Shown: positions 10,621 to 22,971 of the stretch, in pieces
How the letters are laid out: each line of letters starts with the position of its first letter
Numbering within the stretch: the first letter of the stretch is position 1
Assembly: GCF_006345805.1 (NCBI RefSeq)
Contig: NC_043001.1
Coordinates: 99,634,001 to 99,698,000 of the forward strand
Length of the DNA: 64,000 nucleotides
Source: Octopus sinensis
Taxonomy: Eukaryota
Direction of reading: 5' to 3'
Program-made: the position numbers and the translations under genes
The notes under the pieces: generated by a model
Database searches by the model: none
What the model saw: only the letters and a program-made list of their open reading frames with translations
Told to the model about the DNA's origin: nothing

Positions 10621-13600
10621 GTACCATTTTTATTATATGTACTATTTGATATTTTTTCATTATTATTAAAAAATTTTATCATCAAAATCCATACATTAAA
10701 GGGTCAATAAGGTGTATTAATTAATAAAAAAGGAGAATTGTAAATACATAAGATACTTTGGAAAAGCTGACAGCAAGATTAGATGTAAACTTTTGTATGT
10801 GAATACCTTGCTTTTAGAAGTATATAAATTCTGTTACCTGAGTTGACTTGTCTTAGAGATTGAGTTCATATTGACTATTTTGTGGCTAAGGTACAGTAAC
10901 TGTGAGTTTTGTTTTTAAACCACTTGGTTATCCTGATACTTACACATCAGCTAGTTCAAACAACGGAGTACATTGTTGTTTAGCCTGTTTTGCACTGGTT
11001 GAATAGCCCTTATTATCAAAGGAGTTCCAGCCATGACTGTTTTGTCATTTTTATCTGACAATGGATATCAAACAACAGCTTCCAGTGTGATCATCTCTTT
11101 TTGTGTGATTCCTGGAAGATGTGCTTTCTATTTCTAGTTGGTAAAGTTTTGGTTTTGTTGAAAGTAACATACAACAAATAGTTTCTACCTTTATGTCACA
11201 GACTTTAAGATATATTTATCTAAATGTTGTGATCTTAAATGGAAGAAAAACATAGATATTTACTGTAGGATAGTGGTCCCCAACTTGTGTTGTCCCATGC
11301 ATCCTTTCCACTATATTTTACTCCTTAGTTTCAAAGATTGTCTGAAACAAAGTAGATTTACTAAATAATATGCATGAAATACTGAAACTCTTATTTTTCA
11401 CCACCATCACTGCCACTGCTGCCACCACCACCACCACCACCACCACCATTTAATGTCTGTTTTCCATGCTGACAGGAGTTGGGCTATATTAGTTCCTATG
11501 CATTTACTGAAATATTTGTATAATGTAGTTTTACAAATTTAATAGTAATAGAAAATGCTGATGGATTTTAGAATGGATGAAAGTTTTTTTCCCCCACTTT
11601 TATATTTGTAACTAATTACTTAACAAACAAAAGTTATTGAGGCATGCTTTAATAAACAAAATTCCAGTGCAATGATAGGATATTGCAGTTCATTATATTT
11701 CAAAGGTTATGGTCAAGGAAAATGCTTGTGTTTAGCCCATTTTGTCAATTATTGGATACATGAAGGAGTGCTTGAAAAGGCATAACACAGATCATTATTT
11801 TTTTAAATAATTTCCTGTTTAGTTTGTTGCTCTGTTTTCATTTGTAAAATAATTGAAAAGCTTGACTCAATAAGATACGATGACAAAATGGATGTAATGT
11901 ATGTATGGCTCTTTCTACCAATTTTGCCAAGGAATCATACATCATGGGCTAAAATTCTGTAACTTCTCATTGATTATGTCACTTGCATCTGAATAAAAAT
12001 GAACCGCGCCAGAAATTTATCTTTACAATAACCAAGAATTTTTGAACTGCAATTTAAATTAATTTTGCACTAAACAAATTTGTCATCACTGAATTCAGGA
12101 AAATATTAACTGAAGTTATTTTCTACAGCTACCAAGATGTTGCAAAATTTCATGATTTGTAAATTCTGAAGAAGAATTGGCCTTCATCTCTAAGCAACAA
12201 GGATTGATAACAGTTTTTCAAACATTGTAAAATTTCTATACTGATTCTTTCAATTTTCCAATTTGCTTAAGAAAGTTTCCAAGGCGGCAGCATATTTTAT
12301 TATATTTGTAATCTTTAATTGTATCTTAATATTCAGTTTATTTAGTTAACAGGCAAGCTGCTTCTTCTATTCCTCAACATTCAACTGAACAACAAATTCC
12401 ATCTAATCCTAAATGTTAAAAAGATAATTGGAGTTCATCTCTAAGCTCAAATTCAGCTGCTTCTCTCTTTTGGAAGACATTCACTATTCATGTAGAAAGG
12501 AGCAAGTGATAACTTATATCCATTTCAATCTTATGATATTGTAAAGTAATACGTTTAGTGTCTCTTTTGGCAAAATTCACAATTTGAATCATTTGATCCC
12601 AGTCCTTTCCTTGGGGATACTGTGTTTTGGAATTGGTATACCATATTTCTGCATGTTTTTAGTAAGAGACGATTGAAAGGACTGGGAATAAGAAGAGCGT
12701 TTTTATACCTCATAAAATCTATTAAATCCATGGAAAGAAAGGTATGATGATGGTTATGGTGGTGATTGTACTCCAGGTAATTTGAAATCAAAGTCCCTCA
12801 CTAATCAAATTTGTATGCAGCCTTCTGGCTTGCCAGCCCCCAGTCAAACCGTCCAACTCATGCCAGCATGGAAAGCAGATGTTACAACAACGACAATGCT
12901 TCCTTTACCGAGTCACAATGGTATTCTTTTACAGAGTGATACATATAATAGATAGAAATAATGGGTTATACACAGTTATTCATTATTATAGGCTTGCAGC
13001 TGTTTGAGTGTGTTCATGGTACAATATTATCAATCGATCAATTGATCAACTGAATATATATAGAATCCACTTTACCAAAGCTATCTTCTTGAATGCGGAA
13101 ACAAGCCATTTGCCAAAGAAAAGAAAAATAAGGAAGGAATTTGGTCAATGTAGGACTAAGTTATGTATTTTTATCTATCAAACTTAAACCATTGTTAGCT
13201 CTTTCCATGGGTGAATAGTATTGACTTCCAATAAATAAATTTAATACCCTACAACCTCCTGTGGTCAGTGGCAGGCTGTTAGTGATTACAACTTTATTTG
13301 AAAGAAAAATGTCAAGGGGTGATATTTGCAATTATACAGACTAAAAGACAGCTAGGGTAATACTAATTATTTTAAACCTGAAGCATCAAAACCTATTTAT
13401 TTGCTAAATAGTCAAATAAGTCAAATAAAAAGTTAACAGTAATGGTTAAAACAAGCAACAAGAGCTTGTAAATAAACTGTAACAGATGAAAATAAGACTA
13501 AGACTACAAGATAATCCTTTTTAATTTTGTTTCATAAATGCATGTATGTATGTATGCATGTATGTATCTATGTATGTATGTATGTATATACATAAAAACA

Positions 13601-13642
13601 AACAAACAAACAATAAATCATTTTTAAACGATTATATTTCAG

Positions 13643-13804
13643 CTTTCTAGTTTTGTCGATGTTACTAGACAAATAATTGAAGAAAAATGGGAAGCACTGT
13701 CCCTTCCAAAAGAACTTCTGGATGAAATACTTCATGTTGGAAATTTAAATGGAATGTTCAGTTGGAGAGAATTTCTTGTTATTGCAGTTGTAACCATTTC
13801 TATT
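13643..13804 (+). CDS. ROPN1L: Ropporin-1-like protein, coding exon 3
   Basis: atatttcAG|...|GTaaga; 162 nt, phase 0/0; LSSFVDVTRQIIEEKWEALSLPKELLDEILHVGNLNGMFSWREFLVIAVVTISI (EKWxxLxLPKE and WxxFL motifs). Confidence 0.9.
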
Positions 13805-14993
13805 GTAAGAATTTGTTTCTTTACTTTTATCTCAAGTGCAACTCCACTCAATTGTTTGGTTGGCTCCATTTTATCTTTAATTATTTTCTCTTACATTGAC
13901 TTTTCGGTCTTAAGCTGCTGCATTTTCTTAACATGTATTTTTAGCTGAGGAATGTTTAAAACTCAGACCAAATACTTTTGGATATATAATAATTTTTAAT
14001 CTTTTTAAATTTCCCCATCAGTAGCTAGTTTTTCTTTCTATAATCTTTTAATTTTGTTTTTAATAAAACCTTTTGATTCTAAAACATTCCATGGGAATCT
14101 ACTTAAATAGATTTTTTTAAATAATTATTGATAGATGACTCTCATAAAATTTCCTCTCACATAACTACATGCTTAGTCATGTGGTTAAGAAGTCTGCTTT
14201 GCAACCAGGTCATTCTAGGTTCTAGTCTGCTGCTTGCCACCTTAGACAAATGTATTTCCCAATTATTTTATGTTGATCAATACTTCATACATAAATATGT
14301 ATGTATGTTCACACATACATACATATGCACACACATGTATGCATGTGAACATGTACACATGCACATACATTGCATATATATATTTATATATTCATGCACG
14401 CACATACACATGTACACAAACATAACATATGCGTGCTTCTACACACATGTACATGCATGTATGCATGCATACACACACACATGCATGCACATATGTACAT
14501 ACAAATGTATACACAGCAATCACTCGCCATTTTGCGCTTCACCTATCGTGCACTCAGTACATCATGGTTCCCCTGTTGCATCCCCAATATATCGTGGTTC
14601 ATCTATTGTGCCTCCAGTACATTGTGGATTTTTCTGGTTAATAAATGTAAATTTATATCACAGACTCCTCAATATATCACAGCTTTCTGTGGCTGATAGT
14701 TATTTGTTATTTTTGTGGGAGGTTTTGGAATGTAACACCTGTGATAGTCAAGGGATTATTGTATACACATTTGTACGTGCATACATATCAGTGTAATGTA
14801 GACAAGGTACCATGGATCAAACAAAAATAAATGTCTTTCATTTCTCATGAGATCTATAGAATAAGTTTCAAACAAAGTACTGAAGCCAATTTAATTGACT
14901 AAAAAAAATAAATCTTTTGAAGGCAAAGCTCCAACATAGTGCAGATAATGACTAAAACTGGTAAAAAAATATAATTTTACTTACCTCTTTCAG

Positions 14994-15169
14994 GATATCC
15001 AATCTGCTTTAAAGAACATATGTGATATCATAACTGATGACCCAGAAGGTGGACCAAGTCGAATACTTTATAATGATTTTGAATTCTTTTTTAATCGTTT
15101 TATACAACTGGATGGAGGAATTCCAGCAGAAAATGCAAAAGAACTAATTGCATATTTCAAAATGACGGC
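14994..15169 (+). CDS. ROPN1L: Ropporin-1-like protein, coding exon 4
   Basis: ctctttcAG|...|GTaagt; 176 nt, ends in phase 2; DIQSALKNICDIITDDPEGGPSRILYNDFEFFFNRFIQLDGGIPAENAKELIAYFKMT contains the hallmark ALKxxCxIxTDDPEGGPxRI. Confidence 0.95.
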
Positions 15170-15589
15170 GTAAGTAGTTATTTCCTTTTGAATATATAAA
15201 GAATAAAAGAGTATAAGATTTTAGGATGCATATAGTTTTAATAGCAGTTTAAGATTTTTATTTCTGGCTAATAATATAATGTAGTATAATATTATGTTAA
15301 TGGAATAACATTTAAGAATTTAAATACGTTTATCATTCTACTTGCTTTTAAATGATTTACATTGGAAAATTTATTGAATTTCCTTTAAGAAAACTTAACA
15401 AAAATTAAAGTAGTTAGTTCTAGATTTGGAAACAGATGTGAACACATCCTACTCTATCTTAAAAATAAAGAAAAATTGTCCTGACTTATACAGTTCATTG
15501 ATCACTCATCAAGGAACAAGTACCCTGTCATGCTTCTGCCCATGAAGAGAACTTATATTTATTTTTGTTGTACACAAAAAATATCTGGC

Positions 15590-17575
15590 AGTGTCAGCTA
15601 TAGCCTGGACACCTGTATAGTTAACCAGGTGATACAGGAAGGAGTCATACCCAATGACTGGTGTAGCAGCATAATAGTCAACTGCTACAAAGATAAAGGT
15701 GACACTTTAGATACAAATAATTACAGAGGTATCAAGCTGTTGGATCAGGTAATGAAGATCATGGAGGGGGTCATAGCCAAACTAATTAGGGAGAGAGTCA
15801 GTTTGGGTTCGTGCTAGGGAAAAGCACCACTGATGCTATATTTCTGGTAAGACAGCTGCAGGCCATGTACAGGGACGCTGTCAGTAAGGTGAGGGTTGGC
15901 AACGAGTACAGTGAAGAATTCCAGGTAGCAGTAGGGGTCCACCAGGCTTCACTCCTGAGCCCCCTCCTATTTATCATAGTCCACCAGACAATAATGGAGA
16001 AATTCAAGACAGGAGGCACCTGGGAGCTCCTCTATGCTGATGACCTTGTTCTAATTGCTGACTCAGAACTAGAGAAGTTTCAGGTGTGGAAAAATGGTTT
16101 ATAATCGAAGGGCCTTAGAGTCAACCTAACTAAAACCAAAGTCCTAATAAGTAGGAAGGCAGGCAAACCACAAATCCCTTTAGGTAGATGGCCCTGCTCG
16201 ATCTGTAGAAAAGGTGTAGGTAGAAACTCTATAAGATGTACCCAGTGTAAGCTACAGACACATAAGAGATGCAGCAACATCGAAGGAAGGCTAACTGGGA
16301 GGATAGTTTTTGTACGTGGCAGATGCTTGGGAGCTATAAATAACACTGAAAATATGCAGAGCACAACTTCCGTCACATTCCAGGGAGAAAAACTAGAAGT
16401 AGTTGATAGCTTCCATTGCCTAGGTGACCAAGTCAGTAGCGGGGGGGAGGGTGCGCTGAAAGTGTAGCTGCTAGAATAATAGCCTGGGCTAAGTTCAGAG
16501 AGCTCTGGCCTCTGCTGGAGACAAAGGGCCTCTCGCTCAGAGTAAAAGGTAGACTGTATGACGCATGTGTACAAACAACCATGCTACATGGCAGTGAAAC
16601 ATGGGCTGTGACTGCTGAGGACATGCATAAGCCCGCAAGGAATGAAGCCAGTATGATCTGATGGATGTGTAATGTCAGTGTGCATACTCGACAGAGTATT
16701 AGTGCCTTGAGAGAAAGGTTGGACCTAAGAAGCATCAGATGTGGTGTGCAAGAGAGATGACTGCACTGGTATGGTCATGTGGCGAGAATGGATGTGGATA
16801 GTTGTGTGAAAAAGTGTCACACCCTAGCAGTTGATGGAACCTGTGGAAGAGGTAGACCCAGGAAGACCTAGGATGAGGTGGTGAAGCACGACCTTCAAAC
16901 ATTGGGCCTCACTGAGGCAATGACTAGTGACCGGGACCTTTGGAAATATGCTGTGCTTGAGAAGACTCAGCAAGCGCAAGTGAGACCATAACCCTGTGGC
17001 CTATGCCAGGGATGTAACAAGTTCGCTTATGCGTGCCTTTCCTTCATTGGACACTAAATTCTGCTTGCGAAGACCAGTTGAGGCAAGTGAAATCAAAATC
17101 AAACTCGGTGACTGGCATCTGTTGCTAGTGAAGCGCTAAGAGTACCATACAAGTGAGATCGTTGCCAGAGCAAGAAGCTGGTCTCCATGCCAATGGCACG
17201 TTAAAAACTCCATTCGAGCATGATCGTTACCTGCGTTGCCTTACTAGCACATGTGCTGGTGACACGTAAAAAAAAAACTTTCAAGCGAGGTTGTTGCCAG
17301 TGTCGCTGGACTGGCTCCTGTGCAGGTGGCACATGAAAAGCACCATTTGAGCATGGCCATTGCCAGTAACACCTAACTGTCCCTCGTGCTGGTGGCACGT
17401 AAAAGCACCCACTACACTCTCGGAGTGGTTGGCATTAAGAAGGGCATCCAGCTGTAGAAACTCTACCAGATCAGATTGGAGTCTGGTGCAGCCATCTGGT
17501 TCGCCAGACCTCAGTCAAATCGTCCAACCCATGCTAGCATGGAAAGCAGACGTTAAACGATGATGATGATGAAGA
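15590..17575 (+). mobile_element. RTE LINE, 5'-truncated, with internal deletions, stops and full 3' UTR/tail
   Basis: RT relics NYRGIKLL, GKSTTDAIFLVRQL, GVHQASLLSPLLF, LLYADDLVL; C-terminal CSICRKGVG zinc-finger-like segment; tail GATGATGATG at ~17560. Confidence 0.85.
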
Positions 17576-18049
17576 GGACAATGAAGGACTTAGCTGTATG
17601 TGCACTTGTCAATGTGATGAAGTAAATAATAAATATTTATATGTATTACAGAGCATGTAGTAGGAAAACCTAAAAGAACACTTTTAAGACTTTAACTATG
17701 GAACTTGAAGCAGGTGAAAATATATCCTGTTGCTCACTTTGCATAAAGGAAAATAAAGATATTTCACAGTTTGTTGACCAGTAGGATATTTATCTGTTTT
17801 TAGCCAACACCTGAATGTTACACCAACAATAGATTACACCAATCAATAGATTGATTCAAGACAAGCCAAACACATGAAATGAGAAGTTGAAAGCTTGTAA
17901 CATGAGACACATCGAGATTGAACATCCACATGTGAAGACAGTTGTCCCCATCAATATGCACTGTTTATGCTGAAACCTTTGTTTAAACAAAAATTTCAAC
18001 TTTCCAATTGCCATCAAGTGGTTGCTATACTTAACACGCTGTACTCCCA

Positions 18050-19100
18050 TCTGAGAGGTAACTTTGAAAAGACTTAAAACTCAGGTTGAGAAGTTGAAAT
18101 GGAAATTAAGACATACACTAAGAAAACCAAGTTTCTCAAAACAAACATCTTGAATGGGATAAAAAAAAAAAGGAGCTACGACAACACTACTAAGTGATAC
18201 GAATATAATCGTACTACTAGTAGACAAAGGCAAAGTATCTGTGGCGATGAAAAGGCTGGAACATGCAAATAATAGCCAGACTCACTAAGGACAATTTATA
18301 AAAATAATGAATGATCTGACTCTGATAATCAAAAGAAAGCTATCATAAATGAACAAAGATCATTTGACATTGACTGAATAGAGATAGTTGAATCAACATT
18401 ACAGTAGGTTAACACATACTTACAATCTTCTCAGAATTCACAAAGATAGTATTCCAAGAGGACCAGTGGTGAGATATCAGAGCTCACCGTCATCTGTGGT
18501 GCAGATTCTTGGTAGATAAAATCACCCTGTGATATACAGAGGTCACAAGTTACCTTCACCTGACAACAATGTTTATTTCCACTAATCATACAAAGAAAAG
18601 ATTTGCCCACAGCCCAGAACACAGAGCAAAAGTCATAAGTGATAATCCAGATACATAACAATAAAAGATGATAAGGTATGTAAAAATTCAGAATAACAAC
18701 CACCCTGCAAGCTTTGGTATCATTTCTAAAAGCAAAGATATCATAATCAAGAATATTTGCCATCTTATATCAGAAACTTGTTAGAAATAAATTGAGACCT
18801 GAGATTTATACAGCAGTCGGACAGTATTAAAGAGTAGATTTACCTTTCAGCATTACGTTTTCCCAAACAAAGCATCCACCAGAAAAGATTATGACCAACA
18901 GCTCTCTATATCCTGCCCCATGCAATTGTAGCAGTAAATCTAAAGTTGAGACCAGCCACTTATTAAAAGTAAAGCTAGAGGAACATTATAAAACAGTAAT
19001 CAGTTGAGATGGAAAAAAATCAGACCTGAAGTATTATTTGTGGAGGCTGAAGAGAAGTTGTAAACTCTCATTCTCTCCACGAAAGAAGCAATAAGCAGGC
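18050..19100 (+). mobile_element. Degenerate Penelope-like element RT/GIY-YIG relic
   Basis: Manual translation shows DKGKVSVAM (cf. ADKGNATVVM) and RIHKDSIPRGPVV (cf. KIHKPGIPLRPIV); heavily decayed, boundaries approximate. Confidence 0.4.
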
Positions 19101-19384
19101 TATAAAAAAATAGTAACTGCACAACACCTTCTTCATGATGAGCCAGTGAGGGAGGTCATCAAATCTTCAAATCACATTCTTTCAATAAAGGAAAGGCCAT
19201 AGTGGATATTGTAATCTGAGATGAGCCATATGCAAAAGTAGGAAAGAAGAGTTACCTCCCTTTCAATAATTCTTGCTGAGGCTAAAATGGGGCAGTTTGA
19301 GTGCATTTTTTCTCCAGTTCTCTGACCACGTTTCTAAAAGATGAATTTTCTGACATAAGGATGTCATCTAAGAATTTCAAAAGC

Positions 19385-19620
19385 ACCAGCTGATCGTGGC
19401 CGTTGCCAGCCTCCCCTGGCATCTGTGCTGGTGGCACGTAAAAAGCACCCACTACACTTATGGAGTGTTTGGCGTTAGGAAGGGCATCCAGCTGTAGAAA
19501 CACTGCCAGATCAGACTGGAGCCTGGTGCAGCCTCCTGGCTTCCCAAACCTTGGTCGAACCGTCCAACCCATGCTAGCATGGAAAATGGATGTTAAACGA
19601 TGACGATGATGATGATGAAT
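19385..19620 (+). mobile_element. RTE 3'-tail short element
   Basis: GGTGGCACGTAAAAAGCACCCACTACAC...AGGAAGGGCATCCAGCTGTAG...GTCCAACCCATGCTAGCATGG plus (GAT)n tail. Confidence 0.75.
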
Positions 19621-19880
19621 TCAATAAGGCATCCAGATCATATATATTTTTAGGATCATTATCCTTTCAGCCAAGCAACATTTGCACCGTCTCCTTCTGT
19701 TGAGGTTTGGCCCAGGTTGTTCCAGCAGCTTCCAGTCAATTTTGTATGGCGTTCCTTCTTCTTTTAATCCCCATATATAGCTTATTAATGGCTTACTGTT
19801 GCACCTCTCTGGGATTCTCAAAGAGGACCTGTAGTTATTTAGTCTGGCCTACAAGGGGCCCTCCATTACTCCATTATGTT
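19620..19880 (-). mobile_element. Penelope-like element C-terminal (post GIY-YIG) fragment
   Basis: ORF 19621-19821 SKPLISYIWGLKEEGTPYKIDWKLLEQ...RRCKCCLAERIMI resembles the PLE terminal motif LSKYIWxLKxxxxxYxIxWxIL...RCxLCLxEKxxI. Confidence 0.5.
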
Positions 19881-19919
19881 TCTGTGTACACCTATCCATT
19901 ATTGCTGCTGCTGTTGCTG

Positions 19920-19976
<57 letters not shown>

Positions 19977-20387
19977 TCATCATTAATTTAACATTCACTT
20001 TTCTATGCTCACATGGGTTGGATAGAATTTTTTGAGAATCCTTTCTACAGCTGGATGCCCTTTCTGTTTGTTAATCTTTTCCTGCTTTCATAAAATATTA
20101 TTTTCCCCCATGACTAGACATATTTTCACAAAAACTTGGAAACAAATGATACTGCTTGGCTTACAACTATTACACATTGCCAGTTGTACATGCAAGTGAT
20201 GTAGCAGTTGTATATGTATGTATATATTACTGTTTCTATATATATGTATATATATATACACACACATATACACACAAACAATATTTTTATGTATATTATC
20301 AGGGATCCCTACATGGCTAATTATGATCCTGTTAATTAATATTGGTGTAGCCCCAAAGAAAATATTAAAATTTTAAATATAACAAAT

Positions 20388-21212
20388 TTTATTTTGATGT
20401 TGATGTACTTGACTCAATAGTTTTCCTCACGCACAGCAGGTCATGTGCCACCGGCACAAAAGCCAGTCAAGGCAGCGCTGGCATTGGCCACGTTCGGATG
20501 GTGCTTTTTACATGCCACTGGTACAGGTATCACAACTACAATTTCCATTCGATATTTATTTTGATGTTGACATACTTGACTCGATAGGTCTCCTCAAGCA
20601 CAGCAAGTCGCCCTACGTTCCAAGGTAAGCACAGCAGATCGTTCTGCAATCCAAGGTACTTTGGATGGGCTTGGGCTAAGCAAAACTGGTGCAGGAAGCA
20701 GCCATGAACTCACACTATTTGTCAGGGCTTTGCAGTCATAGCATATCTCCAGAGATCTCGGTCAAAATAAATATCAAATGGAAATTGTAGTTGTGATACC
20801 TGTGCCGGTGGCATGTAAAAAGCACCATCCAATGTGGCCGAAGCCAGTGCCGCCTTGACTGGCTTCTGTGCCTGTGTCACATGACCTGATGTGCTTGAGG
20901 AGACCTATTGAGTCAAGTACATCAATATTAAAATAAATATCAAATGGAAATTGTAGTTATGATACCTGTGCCGATGGCACATAAAAAGCACCATCCGAAT
21001 GTGGCCGATGCCAGTGCCACCTTGACTGGCTTCTGTGCCAGTGGCAGGTAAAAAGCTACTCTCACGGAGTAGTTGGTGTTAGGAAGGGCATCCAGCTGTA
21101 GAAACACTGCCAGATCAAACTGGAGCCTGATGCTGCCTTCTGGCATCCCAGACCCCGGTCGAACCGTCCAACCCATGCTAGCACGGAAAATGGACATTAA
21201 ACGATGATGATG
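20388..21212 (+). mobile_element. RTE-derived insertion with 5' inversion (twin-priming-type), TSD AACAAAT
   Basis: AACAAAT at 20381-20387 and 21213-21219; 20388-20763 is RTE 3' sequence in - orientation, 20762-21212 continues in + orientation to the (GAT)n tail. Confidence 0.8.
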
Positions 21213-21524
21213 AACAAATGTAATCATAACTCTAACATTTGGAACAAATATTAAGCTAAACTGGATTTAACATATCCTTTCTTTTCGTGTCATATCTAAA
21301 AAAAACTGCTAATCCATTACCCAAAGTAATTCAAATATTAATCTTATCCTAAAATATTTATCAATTTAATAAAATTTAAATATAATTAATTTGAATGAAA
21401 TTGAATTAAATAATAAAACGTTTGTACACTTTGATTGTCTAATTAAGAAATAAATCATGCATGTAATTAGGCTTACATTTACTGAAATTTAATTATATTA
21501 TTCTCATCTTGAAATCTATTTCAG

Positions 21525-21600
21525 AAATAAAAATAATGGCTTTGTGCAACCAAGTTTTTTCAAAGCCAGTGACTGTCCTACTTGGTCCATGAAAGACTGA
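21525..21600 (+). CDS. ROPN1L: Ropporin-1-like protein, terminal coding exon 5
   Basis: ctatttcAG|A completes the phase-2 Ala codon, then NKNNGFVQPSFFKASDCPTWSMKD-stop(TGA). It resembles the ropporin C-terminal NGxVxPxxF...CP motif; total CDS 678 nt = 225 aa. Confidence 0.8.
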
Positions 21601-21634
21601 TTTAATGAAAAGAAAAAGCAATATATGATTGATA

Positions 21635-21640
21635 AATAAA
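21635..21640 (+). promoter_or_regulatory. Candidate polyadenylation signal of ROPN1L
   Basis: AATAAA 35 nt after the stop codon; the region is AT-rich, so chance occurrence is plausible. Confidence 0.3.
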
Positions 21641-21784
21641 CTGAAGATTATATATATGTAAATTTTGAATTTTTATTTTTTATTTAAATATTAAAAAATT
21701 TTTTATTTATTATTAAACATTTTTTATTTAAATATTTTCTTACAATATGAAATTTTTGAAAGCTTTCTATGTTTTCAGTGAATA

Positions 21785-22075
21785 TCATCATCATCATTTA
21801 ATGTCCACCTGCCATGTTGGCATGGGTTGGACAGCTTGACAGCAGCTGGTCAGGCATGGTTTTTATGGCTGGATGCCCTTCCTGCAGAGTGGACTGAGTG
21901 CTTTTTATGTGGCACCAGCACAAGTGAGGTCAGTTTTGGCATGGTTTTACAACTGGATGCCCTTCCAAGTGTCACCAAATAACTTGGAAGACAAGGAATC
22001 TTTGAGAGGGGAGGGGACATTGGAGCAGGTGCTCTTGTGTCAGATGATGAAAGGTTAGAGTGTGACAAGGAGACA
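21785..22075 (-). mobile_element. RTE-tail-like short element (degenerate)
   Basis: CATCATCATCATTTAATGTCC...CATGTTGGCATGGGTTGGAC and CTGGATGCCCTTCC blocks, the reverse complement of the family tail. Confidence 0.55.
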
Positions 22076-22971
22076 GAAGTAGCATCATTTCAACATCCTC
22101 TTCTCTATACTTGCATGGGTTGGATGGAATTTATTGATGGTCAGATGCCCTTTTTATCACTAATATTCTAACATTATGCAAAAGTCTATGCAATTGTTGA
22201 TTTGTGAAGTGTCATTGACATTTTATTGAATTCAACTCTTCAGAATTAGGCATAAAAGTTATTGCTACATAATACAGCAATATTCATGACATTGATATTA
22301 GATGGAAACTATTGTAATGAAATTATTTGCTCACTCCATATATATATATATCATCAGTCAATCATAAATTTGAAATAGAAGCACACCCTAAGTTATAGAC
22401 CAGTAGAGTTATTAAATAAAGATAGTTATGGCCAGTCTATGGGGTTACCATGGGTTTCACATTCATAAAGCACTTAGCTTTATGTCATTTCTTCAGACCC
22501 CAGTGTCCAGTGGTCTATAACCTCTCTTCAAAGTAGATGGAGAAAAGATCTCATAGCTATTTTTTGAATGGAAAGACAAAGGGTGAAGTGTGAGGGAATG
22601 TCTCCCTTAAACTGTTATCTGTAGCTGACGTGGTCAGCTTGTGAGTTCCAGCACTTCAGAACTCATGTTAAAGTAGCTATGAATATTACTTGTCACTACA
22701 ACTACTGCATTGATCTCTTAGATTTTAGAACTAGCTTTTTTGCATGTTGCAAAATCAGCAATTGTGCATTCGCTTCAAATATATATATTGCATGCAGAAG
22801 CGAGCTGCTATCATCTCTAGCAGAGGAGATGTCCAGTACTGAGGAGTGGCTACAAATATTACATAATGTATATGTGTGTGTGTGTGTATATATACATATA
22901 TATGTATGTATGTGTATATATATATGTATGTATGTGTATATATATATATATATGTATGTATGTGTGTATAT

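Noticed and set aside
21779-21840. Alternative last exon of ROPN1L after ttttcAG (AEYHHHHLMS...)
   Set aside because: It runs directly into a repeat tail and has no ropporin similarity; the 21525 exon fits phase and motif.
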